DNA from: Antedon mediterranea
Lineage: Eukaryota; Animalia; Echinodermata
DNA: 64,000 bases
Reading direction: 5' to 3'
NCBI RefSeq assembly: GCF_964355755.1
Contig: NC_092675.1
Location: 23,036,912-23,100,911 of the forward strand
Each line of letters begins with the position of its first letter. Positions within the stretch are counted from its first letter, which is position 1. The notes below the pieces were generated by a model. That model saw only the letters and a program-made list of their open reading frames with translations, did not search any database and was not told the origin of the DNA. Position numbers and translations under genes: made by a program. Positions 51,751 through 63,522 of the stretch are shown here, in pieces.

Positions 51751-54700
51751 AACAATACACCCTTGTCTGCTTCTTTTTACACACCTGGATAATGTCACCT
51801 GTAACAACGATATAACGGTCGAACAGAATGCATTATTCAAACCTCAATTTGTTTTTCTGTATTCTTTAAATCAAAGCAGAGCACCAATTATATGTTATAT
51901 AAACTATATATAGACCTAAACAAAGGTTTTATCATGTGATTCTGTTTGCAATAATGTAAAGTGAATATTATATTTTAATATAGGTACCCGAACACCACGA
52001 AAGAAAAAGAAACAGTATAACGGTATATGTTGTATTTATTTACATTTATATTGTAAAAAGTTCGTTCATAGAAAGAATGGTACAATGACAAAAATCTACA
52101 GGAAACAACCACTTCATCAAACAATAACATGAGAAAAAAGACTAAGAACAATTTGTTCACCATGGAGTCAGATCAAAATAGTCTTGTAGTGATGAATTCT
52201 ACTGTAAAATAAAAGAAAGTATCACTTTTATAAGACACGATAGTTGTTCTGTTTTGTATTAGCAAATTAAAATCTTGATCAAACGACAGCGGGAAGCAAA
52301 AGGTACTTACATTTCTACTTGATGATGATTGTTGATTTATATCACATTGATAAAATCTACCCGTGCGCCGTGATATCTTTATAAAGATTTGTACTAAATA
52401 TGATTCGGGCAAACTTTTTTTCGAAGGGATATTAGTAGGCCTATACAACGGAAAGATTGTATATAAAAATTACAGCAACTTTTAGTGTCCATCATAGAAA
52501 TCAGAATCAGCCTAAGAATAAAATTCTCCTAGGGAAGATTGTGGGTCAATTAATAAACGAACACATTACTTTCCAACGTTTAGTTTTTAAAATAAACCAG
52601 ATCAAATAATGAGCAGTTTGGCTTTCCGTGGCTTGTACATCTTAATTTATTAGAACTTTTCAGAAATAAAAAGTTAGTTACTCCTTGGTTCACTATTGGC
52701 ATTCAAAACTATCTTCTCTATTGGGATTGTACACATAAGGCATCGGAAGTCAAAATGCCAATAATGGCATAAAATAAAAGTACTTGGCATTCGAAGAATA
52801 TTAAACAAATAAGTTTTTTTATATACAACTAAATAAAATGAATACAAATTATGACCTTCAACAACTTAATAGCGAATATGTCAGCGTGATACAACATCCT
52901 TCAGCCGTCTATTTACATTCACGAAATAAATATGAGACATTTAACACAAATATTAATAATAATGATGATTGAAGATGTGATCTATTTTGTAAATTTAATT
53001 GTATTGACTAAACATAATGTACACACATTTCTAAAACATTATTACTTGTCCTTAATATGTAGATTTCTTGGCTTTGAGATATGGGATTGTGGCTTTTTCG
53101 GTAAGGGGGGGGGGGTGCACTTTGTGGTTTTTAATCAAGGTTGTGGTGAGAGTTATTAGTTTGTTTTTCCAGAAGAGTATTCCTATAAACTAGAGAATCG
53201 CGTTGCTACGACTAAAGAGATAAAAAAAAAGTCCGATGGCCAATGACGTCACAATTCAAGAACATTTAATAAAGAGAGTGTTACGAAAAAAGCTTTTATA
53301 TAAAATAATAAAAGATATCTCAGAAATGTATAGATACGTGTTCATTTTGATATTCGTGATATATGCAGCTGTAGCTATCAGGTATTTGTCGTGTATCATT
53401 CCAAAATTTAGCAGATTAATGTTATAGTTCCGTTATTAGTAGAGCATGCAAACTCGCCACTTGTGCACTGCCATCTCAAACTGACCTCTAATTGACACAT
53501 CGACCTACAGCCATCAGTTCAAGGATTGGCTAGAAATTGTGCTGACATTGCAGAAGGACAAGCACAAGATATTTAATTGTGGCACGAATTGCGTGCAGCT
53601 ACTAGACTATTGCATAAAATAAACAGATGACAGGGCATGCGCAGGATTGGGGAGTATCATTTTATAATTTCGTGTAATATTCATTAAATAGATATATTCG
53701 CACAATTACGCGAATAATCATTCAAGGACTGGCTAGCAAATGTGCTGAAATTGCAGAACGACACAAGCACATAAACGATGGTATTGTAGCACTAATAAAA
53801 TGCAGCTTATATTGAGAATCACATCATTCCGCATTGCGTGTAAACTTCAAGATAAATTTTGTCTTCGCATTCTAAATCAATAGTGTATGTCGAATAGTCA
53901 TGTGCGATGAATGTCAAAATGTGAGAAAAAAAACGCTACGGACACGTTGTACAAAATAATTGTAATTTAAGTATTTTATAGTTTTGTTTACTCATGTGCA
54001 GTGGTGGTTCCAGGATTTGCCCGACGGGGTTGGGGGTGGTAATGTGCGCTTAGCATCCATTTGGTGGGGACGCCAAGTGGGTTGGCTGAGCCCCGGAATC
54101 TCCCACAATATTAAACATTTAAATTTAGTTGCTTTTAAAGATGAAATCCTTGATTGGGCACAGCAGGGTATTTTTATCAAGGAATATGAATATTTTTCGG
54201 CCGAAACATGGTCAATCACCCGGTCCTTCTTTTTCCGGAAATCCAGATCATTTCATAGTTTATTGTGTGAACTCGGTAGAATTCATATAACTTCAGCATG
54301 CACTTTAATTATTTGAAATGTTCACGATTTTGAATTTGTTACTATTTTCATACCTTACAGTTAGTAGTCTGCTATCACTAAAATTTAAATGGAATATTGA
54401 TTCATTGGCAAAAGAATCAATTGTTGGATCTATTTAGTTTCTTTTTATATATCTCCACTATGATGGGGAACATTATCTGTGACTGTGATATTTCATTCAA
54501 TGCATTGGGCGAAATACAATTTTATCCCAAAGTGACACACATTGCCAACATTTTCTTCCCCCCCCCCCCACAATCTTTCAAACGTATACGTAAATTAATC
54601 AAGATGCCTGTCAAAGTGCTGTCAGCAGAGTTATTTTCTTGTCTTCTTGCACCAGCTTGGTTCCCCGAAACGCAACAATGACAATTTGGCCAATCACAAT

Positions 54701-55116
54701 TAAGCGATGGATTATTCTTATTAACTGTGGCACGATTTGATCCGATTTTCTTCTTCTGAGAGTCTTTTTGGGGGAAAATGTCTAAATACTACACAGTTAG
54801 AATATCTACTTCCTGTTTTAGAATGAAATGTTGAGCTAAATGTTTGGAGTCACACTATGTAGACATATGCTACTAGTTTACGAGTATAAATATTTCCACC
54901 CACGCATAGGAAATTAAAAATAGTTTTTGGTTTACTGTTGTGGTAGGTTACAAACGTCACAATGTTATCATCCATTCGATGGAATACCGTACCTAATGTA
55001 TTGAAAAACCTAATATTCGATGTATGTGTTGTACGGCAGTTCATATGTTAGGTATTATACAGATTATATAACAAACCTTACGAATATATAATTTATATTA
55101 TGTATATAATAAATAG

Positions 55117-55287
55117 ACTTGCACTGATTAAGGGCTATTGTTGCCCGAAAGATCTGCAAATTTGTCTGGCTGTTTCACTTATCGTTTTCATTTAGCTTTT
55201 TGCTTATTTTATATTTTATCTCCATTGGGATCCAGCCACTGATACCCACATCATTGTCATTTTTCAGTAATTTGCCTTTGAATTTAT
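55117..55287 (+). mobile_element. Diverged copy of the hammerhead-bearing element
   Basis: TTGCA-CTGATTA-A-GGGC..GCCC-GAAAGATC-TGCAA followed by the family body. The core carries a G8>U change. Confidence 0.75.
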
Positions 55288-56259
55288 AAATAAATTACAT
55301 AAAAAGACCAAGATGTCAAGGCTTATTATGTTCAAATCCGGTAAACAACATTTACGTATAACGGTAAGTTCATTACTACATTACTCTAGATCATTATACC
55401 AGTGTTGTGTGTGAATATTTGATTTTATTATTAACTGTTGTATAGATTCAATGCAATATTTGTGTTATACATTTGTGGTAGTGGTATGGATTTACAAATG
55501 TCATTAATGACGGTGAAAATATAATTTTCGTTTGATTCAAAAGTTGAAAACGGTTCAAATTATGTAATTTGGGTAAGATAATTGTTTACATTAGAAATAA
55601 TACCGCTTTCAGAAAGTGAAATTATATCAATGTTAATGCAAACGTTTATATTTTAAAATTTACATGTAGAGAAATACCCTTTCAATATAGTGAATCATCA
55701 TTGAGGAACAGCGTTATTTCCTTGAAGACATCTTATAGCGGGAATACAAATAGCTTGTGTTTAATTCAATTCTGTTACGCCAATTTCCTATTAAATATAG
55801 CAGAAAATATGACTGTTAAAAAGTTACTACTTACACACGGATGCATAATATTACAGCTGTCTGATAGAATTACATTTAACAACATACACTATATGTTTAG
55901 TAAGACATAATAGATAATATCCTCCTAAAACATCCTTTATCATAACACCTAAAATACTTGTATGTATTGTCGAGTGCAATTCGAGATCTAACATTGTATT
56001 TCATGTTTTAAAAATACATTTACATGATAATTACACATTAGCAATTATTCAATTTATTCAAAGATGTGATCCTGTAATATAAGATACAATGTTGAAAAAA
56101 CGACAAAGATAGTTAATATTATTATTTTAAGTGTAAAATCGATCGCATACTTTGGTAATCGCACTCGTGGATAACATTCTATATTTTTCTCCTTTTTTCA
56201 TCTTACCATTTATTGATCTTCTGTGGTTTACCTATATAACTATGCTTTCGGTAATCCTT

Positions 56260-56900
56260 ATGAATACTCGAAATAATAATAAAACAAAAACTAAACAACC
56301 GAAAGCACAAGCATTTAGGCCGAAAAGCTATGTTGATGACACGTATGCAGGTGCGGATAAAAACCGAGATGGTAAATCAACACATCAACCAGCCTGGCGT
56401 CACCAGCGAAGTATGCCAGTCAATTCCAAGAATGACGTGACAATGGGTCCACCGGACGATGCAAATGAGTTTTTTCAGTGGTATGTCAAAGTCAACACTG
56501 AGAAAATCTTCATTAGCAGGTAGAAACCAGAGTGGACATGGATAATTTGTTTACGTCGGTCGAAAGAAAATTAACTTGACTCAAAGCCTGAAATGCTGAG
56601 TAAATTGATGAGACCACTAGCCAACAAAGGATTACGATTGATGGTAAAATTGACTGAAATCTTGAACCGGGATAAAAATAAACTGGAGATCAATTAAAAA
56701 AGAAATAATATTCAGATTGTTGGCTACAAGGAAGAAAAAGGTGAATATATAGAAATTGTTAGTTGACCGAAATGGTTAGACAGTAATATATCTGATTTCA
56801 CTCAACTAGACTCAATTATATTCAAGGTCTTTCTTCAACCGAAACAACAAATTAGATTAAAATATCAAAGATTGAAAAGTAGCAGAATGTTTGGGAGCAA
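56260..56900 (+). pseudogene. Decayed LINE ORF1-like remnant (L1/CR1-type coiled-coil plus RRM region)
   Basis: Coding-like but stop- and frameshift-ridden translation containing KLEIN*KRNNIQIVGYKEEKGE, similar to the LENRSRRNNLRIxGxxE motif of LINE ORF1. Confidence 0.45.
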
Positions 56901-57564
56901 TTCTCCTGATTTACACTGTCTTCATACATGCTCAACATATCAACTATTGTTCTACACTTTTCAGTGTAAGAACAAATAAAAGAAAAATAGTTTTATGCAG
57001 ATTTCTTAACTTAAGTTATATCATTTCGTTAATTGGATAACAATCCGGATAATAATCGTAATGAGATAATTAACAACTTAAATATCGAGCTGGATATGCG
57101 GTCTTTTACTGAGGAGCTGCGGTAAGCTTCAACATCGTGTTACATATCTATAAGGGTACGTCTAGTTTAAGATTTGTATTGCTCTGCACATGTATAAGAG
57201 CAGATTGATATTTATAAGCACACTGAAACATGTATTGGCAAAACAATTAGGAATAAATTATATTAATAATAATGACGTGTAAAATACTGTGAAGATCCTA
57301 TATTTACACTGTTAACAGTGGAAAATGACAGCTGGAGTATATAGTTCATTGAAAATACATTTTAAAGAAACGAAGGGTATTTCTTTTTATTGTATTGAAT
57401 TTTTTTTTATTAGAGTGTATGTATTATCCGTATATTGACCTTGACCTTAAAAGGAAATTCAAGGTGTCCCATCAGTGTGTACGACGTCCGTTTTCATTTA
57501 TGCTGAAGGCGACACCATTGGATCACCAGTTAAAATTTGTAAGCCATAACTAACATAACTAACT

Positions 57565-57776
57565 AGCACTTGCCAGTTCTTATACTATGACGTTATCCAA
57601 ATTCCTTCACCTGCACCGATGAAGGGCTAGTGTTGCCCGAAAGCTCTGCTAACTTTTCTGGCTGTTTTACTTTATCGTTTTGATTTAGCTTTTCGCTTTT
57701 TTTTTGTATCTCCATTGAGATCCAGCCACTGATACCCACAGCATTGTCATTGTTTTCACTAATTTGCCTTTGGATT

Positions 57777-57818
<42 letters not shown>

Positions 57819-58160
57819 CCAAAGGCAAATTAGTGAAAAAAATGACAATGCTGTGGGTATCAGTTCGAACAATACCATGAAAGCCCCAGTGGTCTAATGG
57901 TTAGGACATCTGCATATCAAGCAGGCGGTCCGAGTTCGAGTCTCGGTTGGGGCGACTTTTTCTCATTCTCACAGATTTCCTCATCTTTATCGTTTCAAAT
58001 TAATTAATTAAATTTCAGTATATCACCGGGCGGTTTAGCATTAATGTTCTTTGCCTCTTGTGTTTATATATATATATATATATATAAAGAAAATTTAGCA
58101 GAGCTTTCGGGCAACACTAGCCCTTCATCATATGTATATATATATACACATATATATATG
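57565..58160. mobile_element. Nested (TA)n hotspot: hammerhead element (+), inverted tail (-), tRNA(ATC) element (+), hammerhead fragment (-)
   Basis: 57565-57779 hammerhead family (core CCGATGA), (TA)n, 57813-57863 inverted copy of its 3' end, 57864-58066 tRNA-containing element, (TA)n, then 58095-58130 reverse hammerhead. Confidence 0.8.
57883..57954 (+). mobile_element. tRNA-like moiety (ATC anticodon) inside a repeated element; probably not a functional tRNA
   Basis: GCCCCAG/TTGGGGC acceptor stem, perfect T arm ccgag-TTCGAGT-ctcgg and anticodon arm tctgc-atATCaa-gcagg. Diverged copies at 61042-61113 (-), 61402-61469 (-) and ~63946-64000. Confidence 0.7.
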
Positions 58161-58744
58161 ATTTATATATATTGATTTGTTTGTTGCAATTTTAATGTCA
58201 CAAAATAGTTATTGATTTTGACCAAAAATTGGATCGCAAAAAATTATCGACTTGATAAAACAGCAATTTAAAACAATCAAAATTTCAAATTGTTTTTTGT
58301 TAATTTTTACGGTTTGTTTTTATTTGAAAGCCCTAGTGGTATGTGTAATTATAAAACAATACATTCCTAATTTCTTTACATTCACAGTTTATGTTATAAT
58401 AGTTGTATTGTATAGGCCTATATTATCATCATGATAGCTACATACTTGTAAATATATATATTTTGTTTCATTTAATATACTTAAATTGTTTTATTTATTG
58501 TAAAATGAGGTTGTCAGATATGGCGCTTGTCATACTGACTCTTTGTCAAAAGTCTGTGATCACATTGCTTAATGTTAGAACTAGCATGCTATCAGAATAA
58601 AATAATACATTAAGTAAAATAATATTTAAACGAATACTACACCCGGTAGGTAACGAAACACAATAATGTTCACAAATTAAACTACGAATAGTCCTATCAT
58701 GCTACATATATATCATAATAGACTAAAACGTATTCTAGCCATAT

Positions 58745-61700
58745 TCATTCAGCACCTGTTGTTACTTCTGTTTCTGTTTCTTCATCAACTTTAGCTTCTG
58801 TTTGGGTTGTTTCTTCAGTTTCTTTTCCTGGATCGTCATTAGTTTCTGCGTCTGCTGTGTCAACCGTTAATGTTTCTTCTTCAGTAGTTGTAGGACTCTC
58901 TGTTTCATCTGTTTCCTCTTTGTCTTTGTCTTCATCCGTAGGCTCAATCACAACATCTCCCGTATCTGTCCAACCTGTTTCTTCACCAAAATCAGCTTCT
59001 ATTTCGGTTTTTTCTTCAGTTTCTTTTCCAGGATCGTCAGTAGTTTCTCTGTCAACCGTTAATGTTTCTTTGTCTTTCTCTTCATCAGTAGGCTCAATCA
59101 CAACATCTCCCGTATCTGTCACACCTGTTGTTACCTCTGATTCTGTTTCTTCACCAACCTCAGCTTCTCTTTCGGTTGTTTTTTCAGTTTCTCTTCCAGG
59201 ATCGTCAGTAGTTTCTGTGTCTGCTGTGTCAACCGTTAATGTTTCTCCTTCAGTAGTTGTAAGACTCTCTGTTTCATCTGTTTCCTCTTTGTCTTTCTCT
59301 TCATCCGTAGGCTCAATCACAACATCTCCCGTATCTGTCCCACCTGTTTCTTCACCAACATCAGCTTCTATTTTGGTTGTTTCTTCAGTTTCTTTTCCAG
59401 GATTGTCAGTAGTTTCTCTGTCAACCGTTAAAGTTTTTTTGTCTTTCTCTTCATCAGTAGGATCAATCCCAACATCTCCCGTATCTGTCCCACCTGTTGT
59501 TACCTCTGTTTCGGTTTCTTCACCAACATCAGCTTCTATTTCGGTTGTTTCTTCAGTTTCTTTTCCAGGATCGTCAGTAGTTTCTGTGTCAACCGTTAAT
59601 GTTTCTTTGTCTTTCTCTTCATCAGTAGGCTCAATCACAACATCTCCCGTATCTGTCCCGCCTGTTGTTACCTCTGTTTCTGTTTCTTCACCAACATCAG
59701 CTTCTATTTTGGTTGTTTTTTCAGTTTCTTTTCCAGGATCGTCAGTAGTTTCTGTGTCAACCGTTAATGTTTCTTTGTCTTTCTCTTCATCAGTAGGCTC
59801 AATCACAACATCTCCCGTATCTGTCCCACCTGTTGTTACCTCTGTTTCTGTTTCTTCACCAACATCAGCTTCTATTTCGGTTGTTTTTTCAGTTTCTCTT
59901 CCAGGATCGTCAGTAGTTTCTGTGTCTACTGTGTCATCCGTTAATGTTTCTCCTTCAGTAGTTGAAAGAATGTCTGTTTCATCTGTTTCCTCTTTGTCTT
60001 TCTCTTCATCAGTAGGCTCAATCACAACAACATCTCCATTATCTGTCCCATCTGTTGATACTTCTGTTTCTGTTTCTTCACCAACCTCAGCTTCTCTTTC
60101 GGTTGTGTCTTCAGTTTCTTTTCCAGGATTGTCAGTAGTTTCTGTGTCTACTGTGTCAACCGTTGTTTCTTCTTCCGTAGTTTCATCTTTGTCTTCTTCA
60201 GTAACATCCTCAGGGACAACTTCAGCTGTACATTCTCTAGGTAATGGTATCGTAGGATCTAGTATTTAATAGAGTTACATATTGTTTATACATTGCTTTA
60301 TCTTGTATTTATGAAATTGAATTTTAACAACGTATTATTAACTTTAAATTTAATCAATGAAGGATACTGTTTTTAACAACTTTGACAAAATTCCTTTTTA
60401 AAATGTTAATGATGTAGGAAGGATTAAAACCTTGTTTGAAAGACAGAGTGAATATTCCTTTTTCATAGGCTACAACATGAATCAATACATTAAATGCTCT
60501 TGTAATTGTATTATAGCTGAGCCATATTTCAAATATTGTATTTTCGAATAATGAATGCTTTCCTGAAAATACTAATCTTATTTTTAAACTGTTTGTTGAA
60601 TAATTGTTTTATTATGTCATAAAATGTATTCACGTTTGTCAAAAGTAGATCTAAAGTGTACAACGTACAGCATTTAGAATATACTAACCAAATTCGCACA
60701 GTATCTGTATGTGCCTTTCACATGGTATTGCAAACCACTGTCCTAAATTAACTTTCATTGCGGCACATAGGTCTCCTCTTTGTGGTTCTCCATTTGTCCA
60801 CGCTGAAAGTAATGTAAAATTATATATATAGGCAAATTACTGAAAAATGACAATGCTGTGGGAATCAGTGACTGGATCTCAATAGAGATACAAAAAAAAA
60901 GCGAAAAGTTAAATCAAAACGATAAAGTAAAACAGCCTGAAAAGTTAGCAGAGCTTTTGGGCAACCGCCCGGTGATGTACTGAAATGTAATTAATTAATT
61001 TGAAACGATAAGATGAGGAAATCTGTGACAATGAGAAAAATCACCCCAACCGAGACTCGAACCCAGACCTTCTGCTTGATATGCAGCTGTCCTAACCATT
61101 AGACCACTGTGGCTTTCATAGTATTGTTCAAACTCGATTGGATAGCGACTATTTAACATTCTCGGCGTGGTACGATGGAAGAGCACTAGTCCCTCAATTG
61201 TACGCACGCGCACCAGAGATCATATTGAAACGCCCTCATCTTTCAGTATTTTATTCATGAGGCGGGATCTCAGAGGAGAGACACTTTTATATACATAAAC
61301 ATCACAGGCAAAGAATAAATTCTGAAATACTGAAATTTAAGTAATTATTTAAAACGATAACGATGGAAAAGGATGAGGAAATCTATGAGAATGAGAACCC
61401 CCGCCCCAACCGAGAACCCGGAACCTCCTGCTTGATATGCAGATGTCCTAACCATTAGACCACGTGGGCTTTCATGGTAATCTCGATTGGATAGCGACTC
61501 TTTAAAATTCTCGGCGTGGTATGGCGGAACAGCAATAGTCCCAAGAGTCTCTATCCAATCGAGTTTGAACAATACCATGAAAGCCTTTTGAGTATTAGTT
61601 GTGGAATGCGTTATTGTCACCTCACCCACAATCTAAGGAACAACTCAATGTCATAATTATATAAAGGAACATGCTTTGTTTAGTGCAATACCTTCAAATC

Positions 61701-62322
61701 GTGATGTCTCTTCAGTTGGAATCCAACGATATTCATCAACCTGTGAAATGTAACGGTAGCCTATCCAGATAAGCTTCGTTCTGTAACCATCGTCAATAAG
61801 TCTTTCTTGCAAAAAGTCGTTTTCATCTTGAGACGATATGACAACAGGCCTGGCATTGCATCTTTCCTCGTTACATTGTGCGGCAATGCCCTCAAACGGA
61901 TTTGCGTTTGCCACAAAGAAACAATTATTTCCATAACTGTAGGTTTGAGCCGGACATTCTGTGAAATTAATAACACAAATAATGTTTCAATATCTAATAA
62001 TGTTCCCATGTTATTGTCTAATATAAATGTGTATTTTTTTTTTATCACGACAGGGTTAGCAAATATAAATTGCTCCGATACTCTTTAATGTCTTTAATGG
62101 AGGAAAGTGCTTAGGTTAGGAAAGTTTATTTCGCCGTTTTTGTCATTACCAAAAAGGCAGCTTCACAAGGAAATAAGATATCTTGCTATGTTACCATGAT
62201 TATAATGGTAGCTGCATGAAGATGTGGATTGATTTGAGTTCAGCCCGACGACAAAAATACAATGATAAAAATGTCTTACCTATCATAGATTCTGGCGTCC
62301 TTTTCTCTATTCTATAGTTAAC
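58745..62322 (-). CDS. Truncated tandem paralog of the giant lectin gene (exons 62322-62280, 61958-61692, 60802-60689, 60258-58745): CTL plus ~500-aa acidic repeat
   Basis: Exons and introns are collinear with 46140-44628 and have identical exon lengths (43/267/114 nt), intact splice sites and an open frame. The repeat exon stops abruptly (VTTGAE*) where homology ends. It may be functional or a young pseudogene. Confidence 0.7.
60831..61585 (-). mobile_element. Composite insertion in paralog intron: two tRNA(ATC) elements, one fused to the hammerhead-element tail, one with an inverted 5' segment
   Basis: Absent from the matching intron of the full gene (45165-45379). The junction gggcaac|cgcccggtgat is at ~60966. 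Inverted arms at 61469-61503 / 61543-61585. Confidence 0.75.
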
Positions 62323-63050
62323 CTATATAATATAAATATATACACAGTAATAGATATTTAATCACCTTGAAACAGCAATGTAATGTAACAAGCTCAATTA
62401 TAGCACCTAACTCTTAAAGAAAGTTAAGCTACTCTATAACCTAAATACTCTTTTCCTATATTAAGTGAGTCAAGTGGCCGAGCGGTTAAGGCAGGATCAC
62501 CGTTTTACCATGCATCGATTCGAGGCCGTCTAGCTCCTAGTTCTGGTGGTGGAGGAACAAGTCTTCAGATAATAGTGGGGAACCTAATGTTCCAAATATC
62601 AATTCCGTGAGATTTTAATGCTCAAGTTGAGTTCTTGGCAGTTTTGGAATCCTTAAGACTAGTAGAATTCATTGCAACTAGGGGCCAATTTTCCCGACCT
62701 AATTTGGCCGCCATCTTGGATTTCAAAATGGCCACCATTATTTAAAACTGATAGTAGCTCCTATTTTAAACCTCGTACGAAAGTGACAAATCTTACAAGA
62801 TTATGATAAATCAGTCCAATGGTACAATTTATATATTAGTGGGGAACCTAATGTTTCAAATATCAACTTCATGAGATTTTAATTTTTTTTATTAATATAA
62901 TTATTATAATAATAATATAATATTATTACAATCATATATAATTCTCAAAATTTACTGACAATGCAATACAAATAATATGTCAAACAACAATAACAATTAT
63001 TTTAACAATATTTATCTAAAGTTTAACTTCAAAGACGAATAAAAACATAC

Positions 63051-63158
63051 CCTAAGTCCAATGATGTATTTACCAGGAATTGGTTTCTTGGCTTTGCGTA
63101 ATGGTGCTAGGGTAGCACTGGCGACAACCACCAACAAGAGAAGACAAAATACACGCAT
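63051..63158 (-). CDS. Captured first coding exon of a proteinase K/aqualysin-like S8 serine protease (signal peptide plus start of I9 propeptide)
   Basis: MRVFCLLLLVVVASATLAPLRKAKKPIPGKYIIGLR followed by a phase-0 donor AGG|gtatgt, with acceptor ttgttctag| at 63166. LAPL....PIPGxYIVxL is the typical I9 prodomain start. No further protease exons are in the window. Confidence 0.7.
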
Positions 63159-63456
63159 GATGTAGTCTAGAACAAAACGAACATTTAAACAAAATTGGTA
63201 CAAATTACAATGTTATTTGTAAATTACACATTTTATATTATTCAAAAATCAATAAACATTAAACCTAAACTGGACTATGAATAATATTGACTGAAATGAC
63301 GACATCAATAAATACCTAGTATAGATGTCAATAAGATGATCAATCAAATCAACAAAACAATATGCAATGAACTTAAAACTTAAAACTTGAAATTAGGTAT
63401 GTCTAAATTAATACTATTACGAAAGAACCAATAACTGATCCTGTTGTTTGGCCTAC

Positions 63457-63522
63457 CTGATCAAATCTTGTCCTATAATGTGATTGAGAATGATGGTCCG
63501 ACGAGCTGCTGTCCTTTAAATA
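63457..63522 (-). promoter_or_regulatory. TATA box, initiator and short 5'UTR exon of the captured protease fragment
   Basis: TATTTAAAG at 63522-63514, Inr-like TCATTC with its A at 63491 (31 nt downstream) and donor CAG|gtaggc at 63457/63456. Confidence 0.6.

Noticed and set aside
51980-52310. Coding-like + strand segment with possible splice sites
   Set aside because: It has multiple in-frame stops and no recognisable domain, so it cannot be assigned.
63012-63203. A complete resident S8 protease gene
   Set aside because: Only the first coding exon is present, it lies inside transposon arms, and no catalytic-domain exons (D/H/S motifs) were found downstream in the window.
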